A stretch of DNA of 62,513 bases, counting the filler. It is 4 parts of 4 records of this genome, joined end to end, with 100 filler letters (N's around TTAATTAATTAA, not from the genome) between each part and the next. Parts side by side here need not be neighbours in the genome. Positions count along the whole stretch, not along the records: positions 39,792 to 57,810 come from SRR20825010_91; positions 57,911 to 62,513 come from SRR20825010_121; 2 more parts are not named here. One strand, 5' to 3'. Under the pieces are notes generated by a model, which saw only the letters and a program-made list of their open reading frames with translations, made no database searches and had not been told where the DNA came from. This document shows positions 48,148 to 58,118 of this stretch, one piece after another. A program made the translations under genes and the position numbers. The first letter of the stretch is position 1. Each line of letters starts with the position of its first letter.

Positions 48148-49266
48148 ATGCGCAGACTTCTTTTTTTACTCGCAACACTTTTTACAATAACGATTTCCGC
48201 ACAGGAAGCATACAAATTTACAACTGTTACTGACCTTGAGGCAACGCCAGTAATTAGCCAAGGAATTACAGGCACTTGCTGGAGTTTTAGTAGCACTTCT
48301 TTTTTAGAAAGTGAAATTATCCGCCTTACTGGAAAGAAAATTGATCTAAGTGAAATGTACCAAGTGCGAAATACCTATCCTTTAAAAGCTGAAAATTTTA
48401 TTATGCGCCAAGGTAAATCACAGTTTAGTGAAGGTGGTTTAGCACATGATGTGATGAATTCTGTAGCTAAAAACGGATTGGTTCCAGAAGAAGCTTTTAG
48501 TGGTCTTTTCGCAGGGGAAACAGTATACAATCACGCCGAAATGGTTGCGGTTTTGGAGGCGATGCTAAAAACATATATTGATAATCCTGGAAGAAAATTG
48601 AGCCCGAAATGGAGAACTGCAATTGATGCTGTTTTAGATATTTATTTAGGTAAAAACGTGTCCAGTTTTACATATGAAGGTAAACAATATACGCCTGAAT
48701 CATTTCTAAAAATGACTAAAATTGAGCCAGCAGACTATGTAAATATTACAAGTTTTACTCATGTGCCATTTTATTCACAATTTATCTTGAACATTCCAGA
48801 CAATTGGAGTAATGGTAGTTTTTATAATGTTCCTTTAAACGAAATGATGGCTACGATAGACAATGCGCTTGAAAAAGGTTTTACTATAGAATTAGATTGT
48901 GATGTAAGTGAAAAAACATTTTCATCAAAAGATGGTGTTGCAGTTATTCCAGAAAACGCTGAGAATACTATAAAAGCATTGCAAGGTGTTTATCCAGAAA
49001 AAACAATTACCCAAGAGTATCGCCAAAAAGAGTTTGAAAATTACGACACTACAGATGACCATTTAATGCATATTACAGGGATGCTTCAAGACCAAAATGG
49101 CACAAAATACTATAAGGTAAAAAATAGTTGGGGTACAGATGAAACACGTGTTGCCAACGGTGGTTATGTATATTTTAGTGAAGCTTATATGCGTTTAAAA
49201 GCTATTAGTATTACGGTTCATAAAGATGCATTGCCAAAAAACACAGCTAATAAATTAAACTTATAA
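48148..49266 (+). CDS. Secreted C1B cysteine aminopeptidase (PepC/bleomycin hydrolase-like)
   Basis: QGITGTCWSFS, TDDHLMHI, VKNSWG. Confidence 0.92.
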   Translation: MRRLLFLLATLFTITISAQEAYKFTTVTDLEATPVISQGITGTCWSFSSTSFLESEIIRLTGKKIDLSEMYQVRNTYPLKAENFIMRQGKSQFSEGGLAHDVMNSVAKNGLVPEEAFSGLFAGETVYNHAEMVAVLEAMLKTYIDNPGRKLSPKWRTAIDAVLDIYLGKNVSSFTYEGKQYTPESFLKMTKIEPADYVNITSFTHVPFYSQFILNIPDNWSNGSFYNVPLNEMMATIDNALEKGFTIELDCDVSEKTFSSKDGVAVIPENAENTIKALQGVYPEKTITQEYRQKEFENYDTTDDHLMHITGMLQDQNGTKYYKVKNSWGTDETRVANGGYVYFSEAYMRLKAISITVHKDALPKNTANKLNL

Positions 49267-49331
49267 TAAACAACTTTCAACTACGCACTGGCTATAAAAA
49301 AGTTGGCGTAAATTTTGATATATTTGCAACA

Positions 49332-49814
49332 ATGAAAAAGTTGTTATTTCTTCTTTTATTTTTTCCACTGATAGCATCTGCGCAGTTTGATTTTGAGACC
49401 AATAAACTTAAATTGAATTTTGCTATTTTGCCTGAAGTTGAAAGTTTAATGAGTACATCGCTATCCTCAGATACAGGTTTTTTAGCAAATAATAAAAACA
49501 AACTACCTTCTTTTAAACTTAGTAAGGACAACTATCGGGAACCTGTAAGTATGTTTGATGCAATGGCAACTACTGAGAATTATGTAAAATCTGACATTGA
49601 AATCTCACTAGACCCTAAAGAATACGGTATTTTTGGAGGTAACAGTACATATTCTGCAGATGCCTCAACCTCAGTTAAAAATATTTCGTATAAAGAATCT
49701 AGAGGGTATTTAAGACCAGAGCTTATGCCTTATAACTATGGGTTTTATCCTCGAAATAACAGAAGAAGTGGTTTCTATGTTGGTTATGGTATGTACCAAA
49801 CACCATCACAGTAA
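49332..49814 (+). CDS. Secreted hypothetical protein
   Basis: Sec signal peptide (ASA-Q). TATATTTG promoter box 5 nt upstream. Confidence 0.75.
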   Translation: MKKLLFLLLFFPLIASAQFDFETNKLKLNFAILPEVESLMSTSLSSDTGFLANNKNKLPSFKLSKDNYREPVSMFDAMATTENYVKSDIEISLDPKEYGIFGGNSTYSADASTSVKNISYKESRGYLRPELMPYNYGFYPRNNRRSGFYVGYGMYQTPSQ

Positions 49815-50636
49815 TTCAATACCGTCTTCCTTAATTGTAATTTGCTTGTCTTTGTAAAGCGTGCCAATTGCTTTTTTAAAGCTTTTCTTACTCATCCCCA
49901 AAAGATTTTTTATTGAATCTGGATCAGATTTATCATGCAATGGTAAAAAACCTCCTGCAGCTTCCAATTCTTCACGAATAAAGTTAGCATTTGGCTCTAT
50001 ACTCTTGTAACCAGGAGTTTGAAGAACAATATCAATTTTATTATCAGGGCGAATATTTTTAATAAACGCCTTCATTCTGTCTCCAGTACGAATATCTTCA
50101 AATATATTTTCAATGTATATAAGCCCCTTGTGAACACCGTTTACAATTACGTTGGCTCCTTTTTCGGTAAGATGCGTTACTAAAATATCTACTTCTTCAA
50201 AAGGTTCAACTGTTAGTGTTTCATTTTGTAGGAAATGATTTGTTTTACTCGAACCAACAAGACGGTTTGTTTTATCATCTATATAAAGGTAAACTATATA
50301 CCAATTTCCTTTTTTCATAGGACGCGCCTGTTCTTTAAAAGGAACAAACAACTGTTTTTCCAATCCCCAATCCATAAATGCACCGTATTCAGTAACATCA
50401 CTACAATGGAGGTATCCGAAAGTATTTAATTGTAAGAAAGGATCTAAAGTTGTAGCAATAGGCCGTTCTTCATTATCAAGGTATATAAATACAGAAATTG
50501 AATCACCAATTTCATAAGCTTCTGGCTTGTATTTATGTGGTAAAAGCACCACATTTTCTTCATCATCACCTAAATATAAACCCGGTTCGGTTTCCCGAAG
50601 GATTTCTAATGTATTGTATTCGCCCAGTTTTATCAT
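49806..50636 (-). CDS. CvfB-family S1 RNA-binding protein
   Basis: GEYNTL, GAFMDWGLEKQLFVP, DKSDP, MSKKSFKKAIGTLYK. Confidence 0.9.
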   Translation of the reverse strand: MIKLGEYNTLEILRETEPGLYLGDDEENVVLLPHKYKPEAYEIGDSISVFIYLDNEERPIATTLDPFLQLNTFGYLHCSDVTEYGAFMDWGLEKQLFVPFKEQARPMKKGNWYIVYLYIDDKTNRLVGSSKTNHFLQNETLTVEPFEEVDILVTHLTEKGANVIVNGVHKGLIYIENIFEDIRTGDRMKAFIKNIRPDNKIDIVLQTPGYKSIEPNANFIREELEAAGGFLPLHDKSDPDSIKNLLGMSKKSFKKAIGTLYKDKQITIKEDGIELL

Positions 50637-50720
50637 AGTTGCAAAGGTACTGCATATTCCTTAAAAAAATGTGGAACTTGTGCATAGAGATGAAATATAA
50701 AATGTAAATTACACTTTATA

Positions 50721-51131
50721 ATGGTAAGTCAATTTCCGCATAATCTTCCACCAGAATTCCAATTAAAAAAGGTATTAGACACCGAAATTGGTAAGCTATA
50801 TTTTTATGGATACATTGTTGTATTTGAAGTAAATGAAGGAGTTATGCTCTCATATAAAACTGGATTTTCAATTTTAATAAAAAGCTTAAGTATTCTAAGA
50901 GCTCAACCCTGGGTGTATATCTCAAACAGGGTTAACTCCTACTCAGTCAATCCAATAGATTATAAATACTTTAATAAAGTGCCAACTTTAAAAGCAATGG
51001 GAATTGTTAATTACAATGAAGTGGGACATCAAAATGCTAACTTAGAAGCTAAATTTTGTGAAAAACCATTTAAAATTTTCAATGAACTTCCTGAAGCCAT
51101 AAACTGGGGGAAAGATTTCCTTATAAAATGA
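50721..51131 (+). CDS. Hypothetical protein (STAS/SEC14-like, Flavobacteriaceae)
   Basis: YISNRVNSYSVNP motif, C-terminal FNELPEAINW. Confidence 0.7.
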   Translation: MVSQFPHNLPPEFQLKKVLDTEIGKLYFYGYIVVFEVNEGVMLSYKTGFSILIKSLSILRAQPWVYISNRVNSYSVNPIDYKYFNKVPTLKAMGIVNYNEVGHQNANLEAKFCEKPFKIFNELPEAINWGKDFLIK

Positions 51132-52782
51132 ATTTGAAATAATCAAGCAATACTTTATCATTCACCGTCGCTGGGGTGAAGATTTCCAATAATTTTCTTC
51201 CACCGTTTCCATCAAAAAAACTTTTTAATGTTTTCTCCAAATCTTCAATTGTGTGGGAATTCATATATTCAAAACCATACATTTTAGCAATATGGGTGGC
51301 ACTTAAATTATGTTTCGTTTCAAAATAAGTATCAAATAGTTTGGAGTCTTTTTCACCGGGAAGAATTCTAAAAATACCCCCACCACCATTATTCACAACA
51401 ATTATTTTAAAATCATTCGGAATATAATTGTTCCAAAGTGCATTGCTATCATAGAAAAAGCTAAGATCACCCGTTAAAAAAACTGTAGAAAGCTTTGATG
51501 CATAACCTGCCCCAATTGCGGTACTCATGCTTCCATCAATTCCACTAGTTCCACGATTACAGAATACTTCAGCAGAAGAATGTATATTAAAAAGTTGTGC
51601 GTAGCGAATGGTAGCACTATTACTTAATTGTAACTGAATGTTTTGTGGAAGTTGCTGAAAAATTTCACAAAAAACCCTAAAGTCTGAATATGGAATTTCA
51701 TTTATATACGCCTCATGACGTTTTAATCGATGCTCTTTAACCTTGAGCCAAGTGTTTTGGTAGTCACTATTTAATGCTAGTGTTTTCGGAAGAAATTCAG
51801 TGAAAAAACTATTTATAGCTAATTTAAAATGTTGATTTAGTACAAAAAAAGTATCGTAAGCTTTTTTGAAATCTACATGCCAATGCTCCTTTGGAGGATA
51901 CGTTCGTAAAAAAGCTTTTATCTTTTTTGAAACCACCATTCCGCCAAAAGTGAGTAAAATTTCTGGTTGAAGTTTTTTAAATTCTTCAGCTGTTAATGGT
52001 GCAATCAACTGATCTATAGCTGAAATAAAATTATTATTATTAAGGTTTGAAGTTGTTTCGGTAAGCACCAAAATACTTTTATCTTCTGCAAGTTGTTTTA
52101 TAAAACGAGCCTCCAAACTATTGGGTGGAAGCGTGCCAACAAGTATCATTTTTTTAGTGCACTTGTTCCACTTTTCAATAAAAGGAATTAAATCTAGATT
52201 AAAAGTTTCAGCTATCCGTGGCGCTACATTTTGAGGCCAAACTAACTGCTCCTCAACTGTTTGGTATAGCGGTTCTGTAAAAGGAATATTAATATGCACT
52301 GGCCCCTTAAGTTCTATTGCAGTATTAAGCGCAACGTTTATTTCGGTTTCATTATGTATCTGAAACTCATTTCCTTCCTTACAATTGGCGTTATAAAGAA
52401 TATGGTTTTCAAAAACATTTTCTTGTCTAATTGTTTGTCCGTCACCAATATCAATAAAATTAGCTGGTCTATCTGCCGAAATAACCACTAGTGGAATATC
52501 GCTATAAAATGCTTCAGAAACAGCAGGATAATAATTTAACAATGCAGAGCCTGAAGTACAAACAACAGCAACTGGTTTGTTTAATTGTTGTGCCATTCTT
52601 AAGGCAAAAAAAGCAGCACAACGTTCATCAACGATGCTAAAACACTTAAAATCATTATGCGCGCCGAAACCAATAGTAAGCGGTGCATTTCGTGAACCAG
52701 GAGATATAACTATATGTTCTATATGCTTATCCAAACATAGTTGAACAAGCGTTTGTGAAAGAATTTTATTTGAAAATTTCAT
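51121..52782 (-). CDS. menD: SEPHCHC synthase
   Basis: ISPGSRNAPL, VDERCAAF, CTSGSALLN, SADRP, NRGTSGIDG, GDLSFFYD, NNGGGGIF. Confidence 0.95.
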   Translation of the reverse strand: MKFSNKILSQTLVQLCLDKHIEHIVISPGSRNAPLTIGFGAHNDFKCFSIVDERCAAFFALRMAQQLNKPVAVVCTSGSALLNYYPAVSEAFYSDIPLVVISADRPANFIDIGDGQTIRQENVFENHILYNANCKEGNEFQIHNETEINVALNTAIELKGPVHINIPFTEPLYQTVEEQLVWPQNVAPRIAETFNLDLIPFIEKWNKCTKKMILVGTLPPNSLEARFIKQLAEDKSILVLTETTSNLNNNNFISAIDQLIAPLTAEEFKKLQPEILLTFGGMVVSKKIKAFLRTYPPKEHWHVDFKKAYDTFFVLNQHFKLAINSFFTEFLPKTLALNSDYQNTWLKVKEHRLKRHEAYINEIPYSDFRVFCEIFQQLPQNIQLQLSNSATIRYAQLFNIHSSAEVFCNRGTSGIDGSMSTAIGAGYASKLSTVFLTGDLSFFYDSNALWNNYIPNDFKIIVVNNGGGGIFRILPGEKDSKLFDTYFETKHNLSATHIAKMYGFEYMNSHTIEDLEKTLKSFFDGNGGRKLLEIFTPATVNDKVLLDYFKFIL

Positions 52783-52813
52783 GCGGTGCAAAGGTACAAA
52801 GACGCTAAAAATA

Positions 52814-53881
52814 TTACAGCATAGGCTGAAGTACTTGTAGCATTGTTTGCATTTTATTTTGTGTTTCTTCCCATTCCTCGATGGATTGGGAATCGCGTGT
52901 TATACCACCTCCGGCAAAAACACGTGCTATTTTATCTTCAATCTTCATACAACGAAGGTTTACCATTAATAAAGTAGAGGCGCCGTCATTTTCTATTGGC
53001 CCAATAAAACCCGTGTAAAACTCTCTATTATAACCTTCATTTTCATTTAAAAACTCTTTTGCAAATTTTTTAGGTGTGCCACAAACAGCAGGAGTTGGAT
53101 GAAGTGCAGTTGTAATAGATGTTAAAGTAGCTTTATTGGTTTTTAGTATTCCAGTGATATCGGTTCGTAAATGCAGTAGTTGCCCAGCGCGATGTGTATA
53201 TGGATTTGAAACCTTTAAAACAGAAGTAACTTTCTGTAAGCTAGTTGTTATTGAATCGGTTACCAATTGCTGTTCATCTTGCTCTTTTTGCCCCCAAGCG
53301 GTGTATGATTTATTTTTAAAAATTTGCGTACCAGCCAATGCCATAGTTTTGAATGAATTATTATCAATTTCAACTAATGTTTCGGGCGTTGCACCACACC
53401 ACAGCCCAGTATTTGGATGATACCAAATATATTTAAAAGCTGATGGATAAACAGAGAATAATTGTTTTATAAGTTTTTCAAGCGAAAAATTTTCTACTTC
53501 AAAGTCTTTAAAGCGAGAGAGCACTATCTTTTCGGCATTCTTCTTTTTTATTGTTTCAATTGCTTTATCAAGAAGCTTAACATATTTATTACGCTCCTTA
53601 ATATCTTTTTGTATTTCAACGGAATTTACTTTTTTTTCTTCAATTGGTATTTGTGTAATAAGTAGTTCTGAGTTTTTTTCAGGAATGTAAAATGCTACAT
53701 CTTTATAATCAAAAGGTGCTAAAATAAAGCCATTTTCAGAAAGTTTTTCAACCGTATGTACTGTATTATCTTCTTGCAAAAAGAATTTAACATGCTCACT
53801 TTGAGGCATAGAAAAAATTACAAATGGCAATTTTTTAGCATAATGCTTCGAAACTTTTTCGATAACCAACTTATAATCCAT
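52814..53881 (-). CDS. menF: Isochorismate synthase
   Basis: KIVLSR, GATPETL, TMALAGT, LHPTPAVCG, VNLRCM, AGGGIT. Adjacent to menD. Confidence 0.88.
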   Translation of the reverse strand: MDYKLVIEKVSKHYAKKLPFVIFSMPQSEHVKFFLQEDNTVHTVEKLSENGFILAPFDYKDVAFYIPEKNSELLITQIPIEEKKVNSVEIQKDIKERNKYVKLLDKAIETIKKKNAEKIVLSRFKDFEVENFSLEKLIKQLFSVYPSAFKYIWYHPNTGLWCGATPETLVEIDNNSFKTMALAGTQIFKNKSYTAWGQKEQDEQQLVTDSITTSLQKVTSVLKVSNPYTHRAGQLLHLRTDITGILKTNKATLTSITTALHPTPAVCGTPKKFAKEFLNENEGYNREFYTGFIGPIENDGASTLLMVNLRCMKIEDKIARVFAGGGITRDSQSIEEWEETQNKMQTMLQVLQPML

Positions 53882-54306
53882 TAGTTCTTTCTAGGTAAAG
53901 AGAGTGTGGTAAGTTTTACAAGTGAAACTAATTCCCCTGCTTCATTTGTTATTTTTATTTGCCATAGCTGTGTTGTTCTTCCTTTATGAAGAATAGATGC
54001 ATGGGCGTATACATAACCTTCAGTAACACTTTTTACATGGTTTGCGGCAATTTCAATACCACGGATGCTAATTTCTTTTGAATTCAGAAAGAAGTAAGCT
54101 CCCGCACTTCCAACGCTTTCTGCAAGTGCTACAGAAGCACCGCCATGTAGCACACCGTCAGGCTGGTGAACTCTTGGAGTTACGGGCATTCGCGCAATTA
54201 AAAAATCATCACCCACTTCGGTAAATTCTATCTCTAGCGTTTCCATTAATGTGTTTTTACACATCTTTTTTGAAATGGCTAAAATTTCATCTTTGGTATA
54301 CTTCAT
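53881..54306 (-). CDS. Hotdog thioesterase (probable DHNA-CoA hydrolase, MenI-like)
   Basis: HQPDGVLHGGASVALAES, ANHVKS, GRTTQLW. Coupled to menF. Confidence 0.85.
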   Translation of the reverse strand: MKYTKDEILAISKKMCKNTLMETLEIEFTEVGDDFLIARMPVTPRVHQPDGVLHGGASVALAESVGSAGAYFFLNSKEISIRGIEIAANHVKSVTEGYVYAHASILHKGRTTQLWQIKITNEAGELVSLVKLTTLSLPRKN

Positions 54307-54351
54307 CGTATTAATTTACATTTGTAAAAATACAAAATTGAACCCAACAAA

Positions 54352-54999
54352 ATGAGCACTGAAAAAGAAGCTTCCTACAAAACAATTAACACCTATTCTA
54401 CACTTAATAATTTTACTGAAAAGACAAAAAATGTCTGGATGGTATTTCATGGTATGGGGTATTTAAGTAAATATTTTATCAGGTATTTTTCAGAATTAAA
54501 TCCAGATGAAAATTTTGTAATTGCCCCACAAGCACCTTCAAAATACTATCAAGACAAAGCATTTAAGCATGTTGGCGCATCTTGGCTAACTCGTGAAAAT
54601 ACAGGTGCTGAAACCCAAAATATTCTACGCTATATTGATGAAGTTTATAAAAATGAAGTTACTAAACCCATTCCAAAACTTATTGTTTTAGGGTATTCGC
54701 AAGGAGTTTCTATTGCTACTCGCTGGGTGGCAAATAGCAAAATACAGTGTGACAAATTAATTCTTCACTCTGGCGGAATCCCAAATGAATTAAAAGCTTC
54801 AGACTTTGAATTTTTAAAACAATCAACTTCTGTTATTTACATCTACGGAAATAAAGATCAGTACATTACCGAAGCTCGTAAAACCGAAGAACAATTAAAA
54901 GGAAGTAAACTCTTCAAAAATCGTTTAAATATTGAAGTATTTAACGGTGTTCATGAAGTTAACAAAAATTTTCTTTTAAGCATTTCACAAGAAAGTTAG
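54352..54999 (+). CDS. Alpha/beta hydrolase (esterase)
   Basis: FHGMG, IAPQ, GYSQG, GNKD, GVH. Confidence 0.85.
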   Translation: MSTEKEASYKTINTYSTLNNFTEKTKNVWMVFHGMGYLSKYFIRYFSELNPDENFVIAPQAPSKYYQDKAFKHVGASWLTRENTGAETQNILRYIDEVYKNEVTKPIPKLIVLGYSQGVSIATRWVANSKIQCDKLILHSGGIPNELKASDFEFLKQSTSVIYIYGNKDQYITEARKTEEQLKGSKLFKNRLNIEVFNGVHEVNKNFLLSISQES

Positions 55000-55097
55000 C
55001 GATTTTATTAACACACTGATAGTTTTCTTTTTAAGCTGAAGTAATTGTTTCGAACAGAGATTAGTTATACATTCTTTATCACTTTTTAACTACATTT

Positions 55098-56093
55098 ATG
55101 GCAATGGAATCACTCTCAACATTTTCAGCAGTAAAAATAGCAAGCTACACAGTACTACTATTTTTATTGATTGCTTGTAAAAACAATCCATCTTCTAATA
55201 CAAAAACTGTAGCGAAAACGAACCACTTAGGCACATCCCTTGTCCTTTTGGGAACCATTCAGGATGCTGGTTCACCACATATTGGATGCAATAAGAATTG
55301 TTGTAAAAATTTATTTGAACATCCCGATTCTAATAGGCGAGTAATTGCTTTAGGATTGTTTGACAGTTCAACTAAAAAAAAATATTTATTTGATGCCACA
55401 CCAGATATAACAACCCAAATGAAAGCATTAAAAGTATTTGGAGCTCAAAATGAAAATGAACTTGCGGATGGTATTTTTTTAACTCACGCGCACATTGGTC
55501 ACTATACTGGCTTGATGTATTTAGGAAAGGAAGCAACAAATGCTAAAGAAATACCAGTATATGCAATGCCTAAAATGAAGTTTTTTCTTGAGAATAATGG
55601 CCCATGGAACCAACTTGTTACACTCAATAATATTGCTATAAATTCATTAGAAAACGAAAAAACCGTACAACTTTCTAATGATTTGCAGGTAACTCCTTTT
55701 CTTGTGCCACATAGGGATGAATATTCCGAAACAGTTGGTTACCATATAAAAGGTCCGAATAAAAGTGCGTTATTTATTCCAGATATTGACAAGTGGGACA
55801 AATGGGGCAAAAACATTACTGAAGAAATAAAAAAAGTAGATTACGCTTTTTTAGATGCTACTTTTTATAGTGGTGAAGAAATAAACAATCGTGATATTTC
55901 ACAAATTCCTCATCCGTTTGTAATTGAAAGCTTGGAGCTTTTTAAAAATTTAGCTGCAAAAGAGAAAAGTAAAATAATTTTTATTCATTTTAATCATACC
56001 AATCCATTGATTAATATTAATAGTATTGAAGCAAAATCAGTTGTTGAAAAAGGATTTAAGGTTGGTCAAATTGGTGAAGTTTTTGAACTTTAA
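55098..56093 (+). CDS. Metallo-beta-lactamase fold protein (PqqB-like), probable lipoprotein
   Basis: LLIAC lipobox, QDAGSPH, THAHIGH, VPHRDE, PDID, HFNHTNP. Confidence 0.85.
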   Translation: MAMESLSTFSAVKIASYTVLLFLLIACKNNPSSNTKTVAKTNHLGTSLVLLGTIQDAGSPHIGCNKNCCKNLFEHPDSNRRVIALGLFDSSTKKKYLFDATPDITTQMKALKVFGAQNENELADGIFLTHAHIGHYTGLMYLGKEATNAKEIPVYAMPKMKFFLENNGPWNQLVTLNNIAINSLENEKTVQLSNDLQVTPFLVPHRDEYSETVGYHIKGPNKSALFIPDIDKWDKWGKNITEEIKKVDYAFLDATFYSGEEINNRDISQIPHPFVIESLELFKNLAAKEKSKIIFIHFNHTNPLININSIEAKSVVEKGFKVGQIGEVFEL

Positions 56094-56181
56094 GTAAAAT
56101 ATACTGCTATTATATGTTTAAGTAATTGAAAGCCCCTAAAAAGTTAAAGTTCATTTACAGAAGGGTATTCATTTTTGAAAT

Positions 56182-56219
56182 AAAAAAAAACCGCAATCCA
56201 TTAAGGTTGCGGTTTTTTT
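56182..56219. terminator. Bidirectional intrinsic terminator (dnaK)
   Basis: A9-CCGCAATC...GGTTGCGG-T7. Confidence 0.8.
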
Positions 56220-56240
56220 ACATTAAATATATTATAAAAC

Positions 56241-57810
56241 TTATTTCACTTCTTCGAAATCTACGTCTTCAACATCGCTGTTTTCTGCGCTGCCGCCTGT
56301 GCTTCCTTGCTCTGCTCCTGCTCCGGCATCACCAGTTGGGGCACCTTGCTGCTCTGCTTGGGCTTTGTACATTTCTTCAGAAGCCGTTTTCCAAGCTTCG
56401 TTTATTTTATCTAAAGCAGGTTGAATTGTTTCAACTTCTTTAGTTTCATACGCTTTTTTCAGTTCTTCCAAAGCTTCTTCAATTGGTTTCTTTTTATCAT
56501 CAGATAATTTTTCGCCAAATTCTTTAAGTTGCTTTTCAGTTTGGAAGATCATTCCATCAGCTTCATTTAGTTTGTCAACTTTTTCTTTCGCATTTTTATC
56601 AGTTTCAGCGTTTGCTTCAGCATCTGCTTTCATCTTTTTAATTTCTTCTTCAGTAAGCCCAGAAGAAGCTTCAATACGAATGTCCTGCGTTTTGTTTGTA
56701 GCCTTATCGGTAGCGCTTACTTTAATGATACCGTTGGCATCAATATCGAACGTTACTTCAATTTGTGGCGTACCACGCTGCGCTGGTGGAATTCCGTCTA
56801 AGTGGAAACGACCAATTGTTTTATTGTCGGTTGCCATTGGGCGTTCTCCTTGCAATACGTGAATTTCAACACTTGGTTGGTTATCTGCAGCAGTAGAGAA
56901 TACCTGACTTTTCTTAGTAGGAATGGTTGTGTTTGCCTCAATCAATTTGGTCATTACACCGCCCATCGTTTCAATACCAAGTGAAAGTGGTGTTACATCT
57001 AAAAGCAATACATCTTTTACATCACCAGTTAATACACCACCTTGAATTGCTGCACCTACTGCCACAACTTCATCAGGGTTTACACCTTTACTAGGTTTTT
57101 TTCCGAAGAAATTTTCCACAGCTTCCTGAACTGCAGGAATACGTGTAGAACCACCTACTAAAATTACTTCATCGATATCGCTTTTGCTTAATCCAGCAGC
57201 TTTCATTGCTTTTTCGCAAGGTGCGATTGTTCTTTTTACAAGGTCTTCAATCAATTGCTCAAACTTAGCGCGTGTTAACGTTTTTACCAAGTGTTTTGGC
57301 CCGCTAGCAGTAGCTGTAACGTATGGCAAGTTGATTTCGGTTTGTGTTGAAGAAGACAATTCAATTTTTGCTTTTTCAGCAGCTTCTTTCAAGCGTTGCA
57401 ATGCCATTGGATCTTTGCGAAGATCAAAATCTTCTGCCGCTTTAAATTCGTCTGCCAACCAGTTGATTATTTTCTGATCTACATCATCACCACCTAAGTG
57501 CGTATCTCCATCTGTTGAAAGTACTTCAAAAACACCATCACCTAGTTCAAGGATACTAACATCATGCGTACCACCACCAAAATCGAATACTACAATTTTC
57601 TGGTCGGTACCTTTTTTATCAAGTCCGTATGCAAGTGCTGCTGCAGTAGGCTCGTTTATAATTCTTTCTACTTTAAGACCTGCAATTTCACCAGCTTCTT
57701 TAGTTGCGTGACGTTGACTATCGTTAAAATATGCAGGAACGGTAATTACCGCACGGGTAACGTCTTGTCCTAGATAGTCTTCAGCAGTTTTCTTCATTTT
57801 TTGAAGAATC
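56241..57810 (-). CDS. dnaK: Chaperone DnaK, 5' end truncated
   Basis: [49 protein letters not shown]-terminal DVDFEEVK. Confidence 0.97.
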
Positions 57811-57910
57811 NNNNNNNNNNNNNNNNNNNNNNNNNNNNNNNNNNNNNNNNNNNNTTAATTAATTAANNNNNNNNNNNNNNNNNNNNNNNNNNNNNNNNNN
57901 NNNNNNNNNN
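57811..57910. other. Artificial contig linker
   Basis: N44-TTAATTAATTAA-N44. Confidence 0.98.
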
Positions 57911-58118
57911 CTTGACACAAAAACGAAACAAAAAAGTCAAAACTGATTTAAAAAATATTGAAAATCTACGGAAACAGCTTCAAATAAAAATTAAAATCAG
58001 TTAAAATAACCCTATTTTCTAACTCGTTTAAAATTCATAATTTACATTAAAATATTAGAAGTTGCTTTTGTTAATTTCGACTAACATAAAAAATACTTTA
58101 ATATCCCAATTGTAACGA

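Noticed and set aside
52590-52625. MenD motif reads FFALRMA instead of the usual FFALGxA
   Set aside because: One base change (GGA to AGA) explains it and the ORF is otherwise intact. It cannot be distinguished from a sequencing error.
55098-56093. PQQ biosynthesis
   Set aside because: Stand-alone PqqB-like MBL protein. No pqqA/C/D/E nearby.
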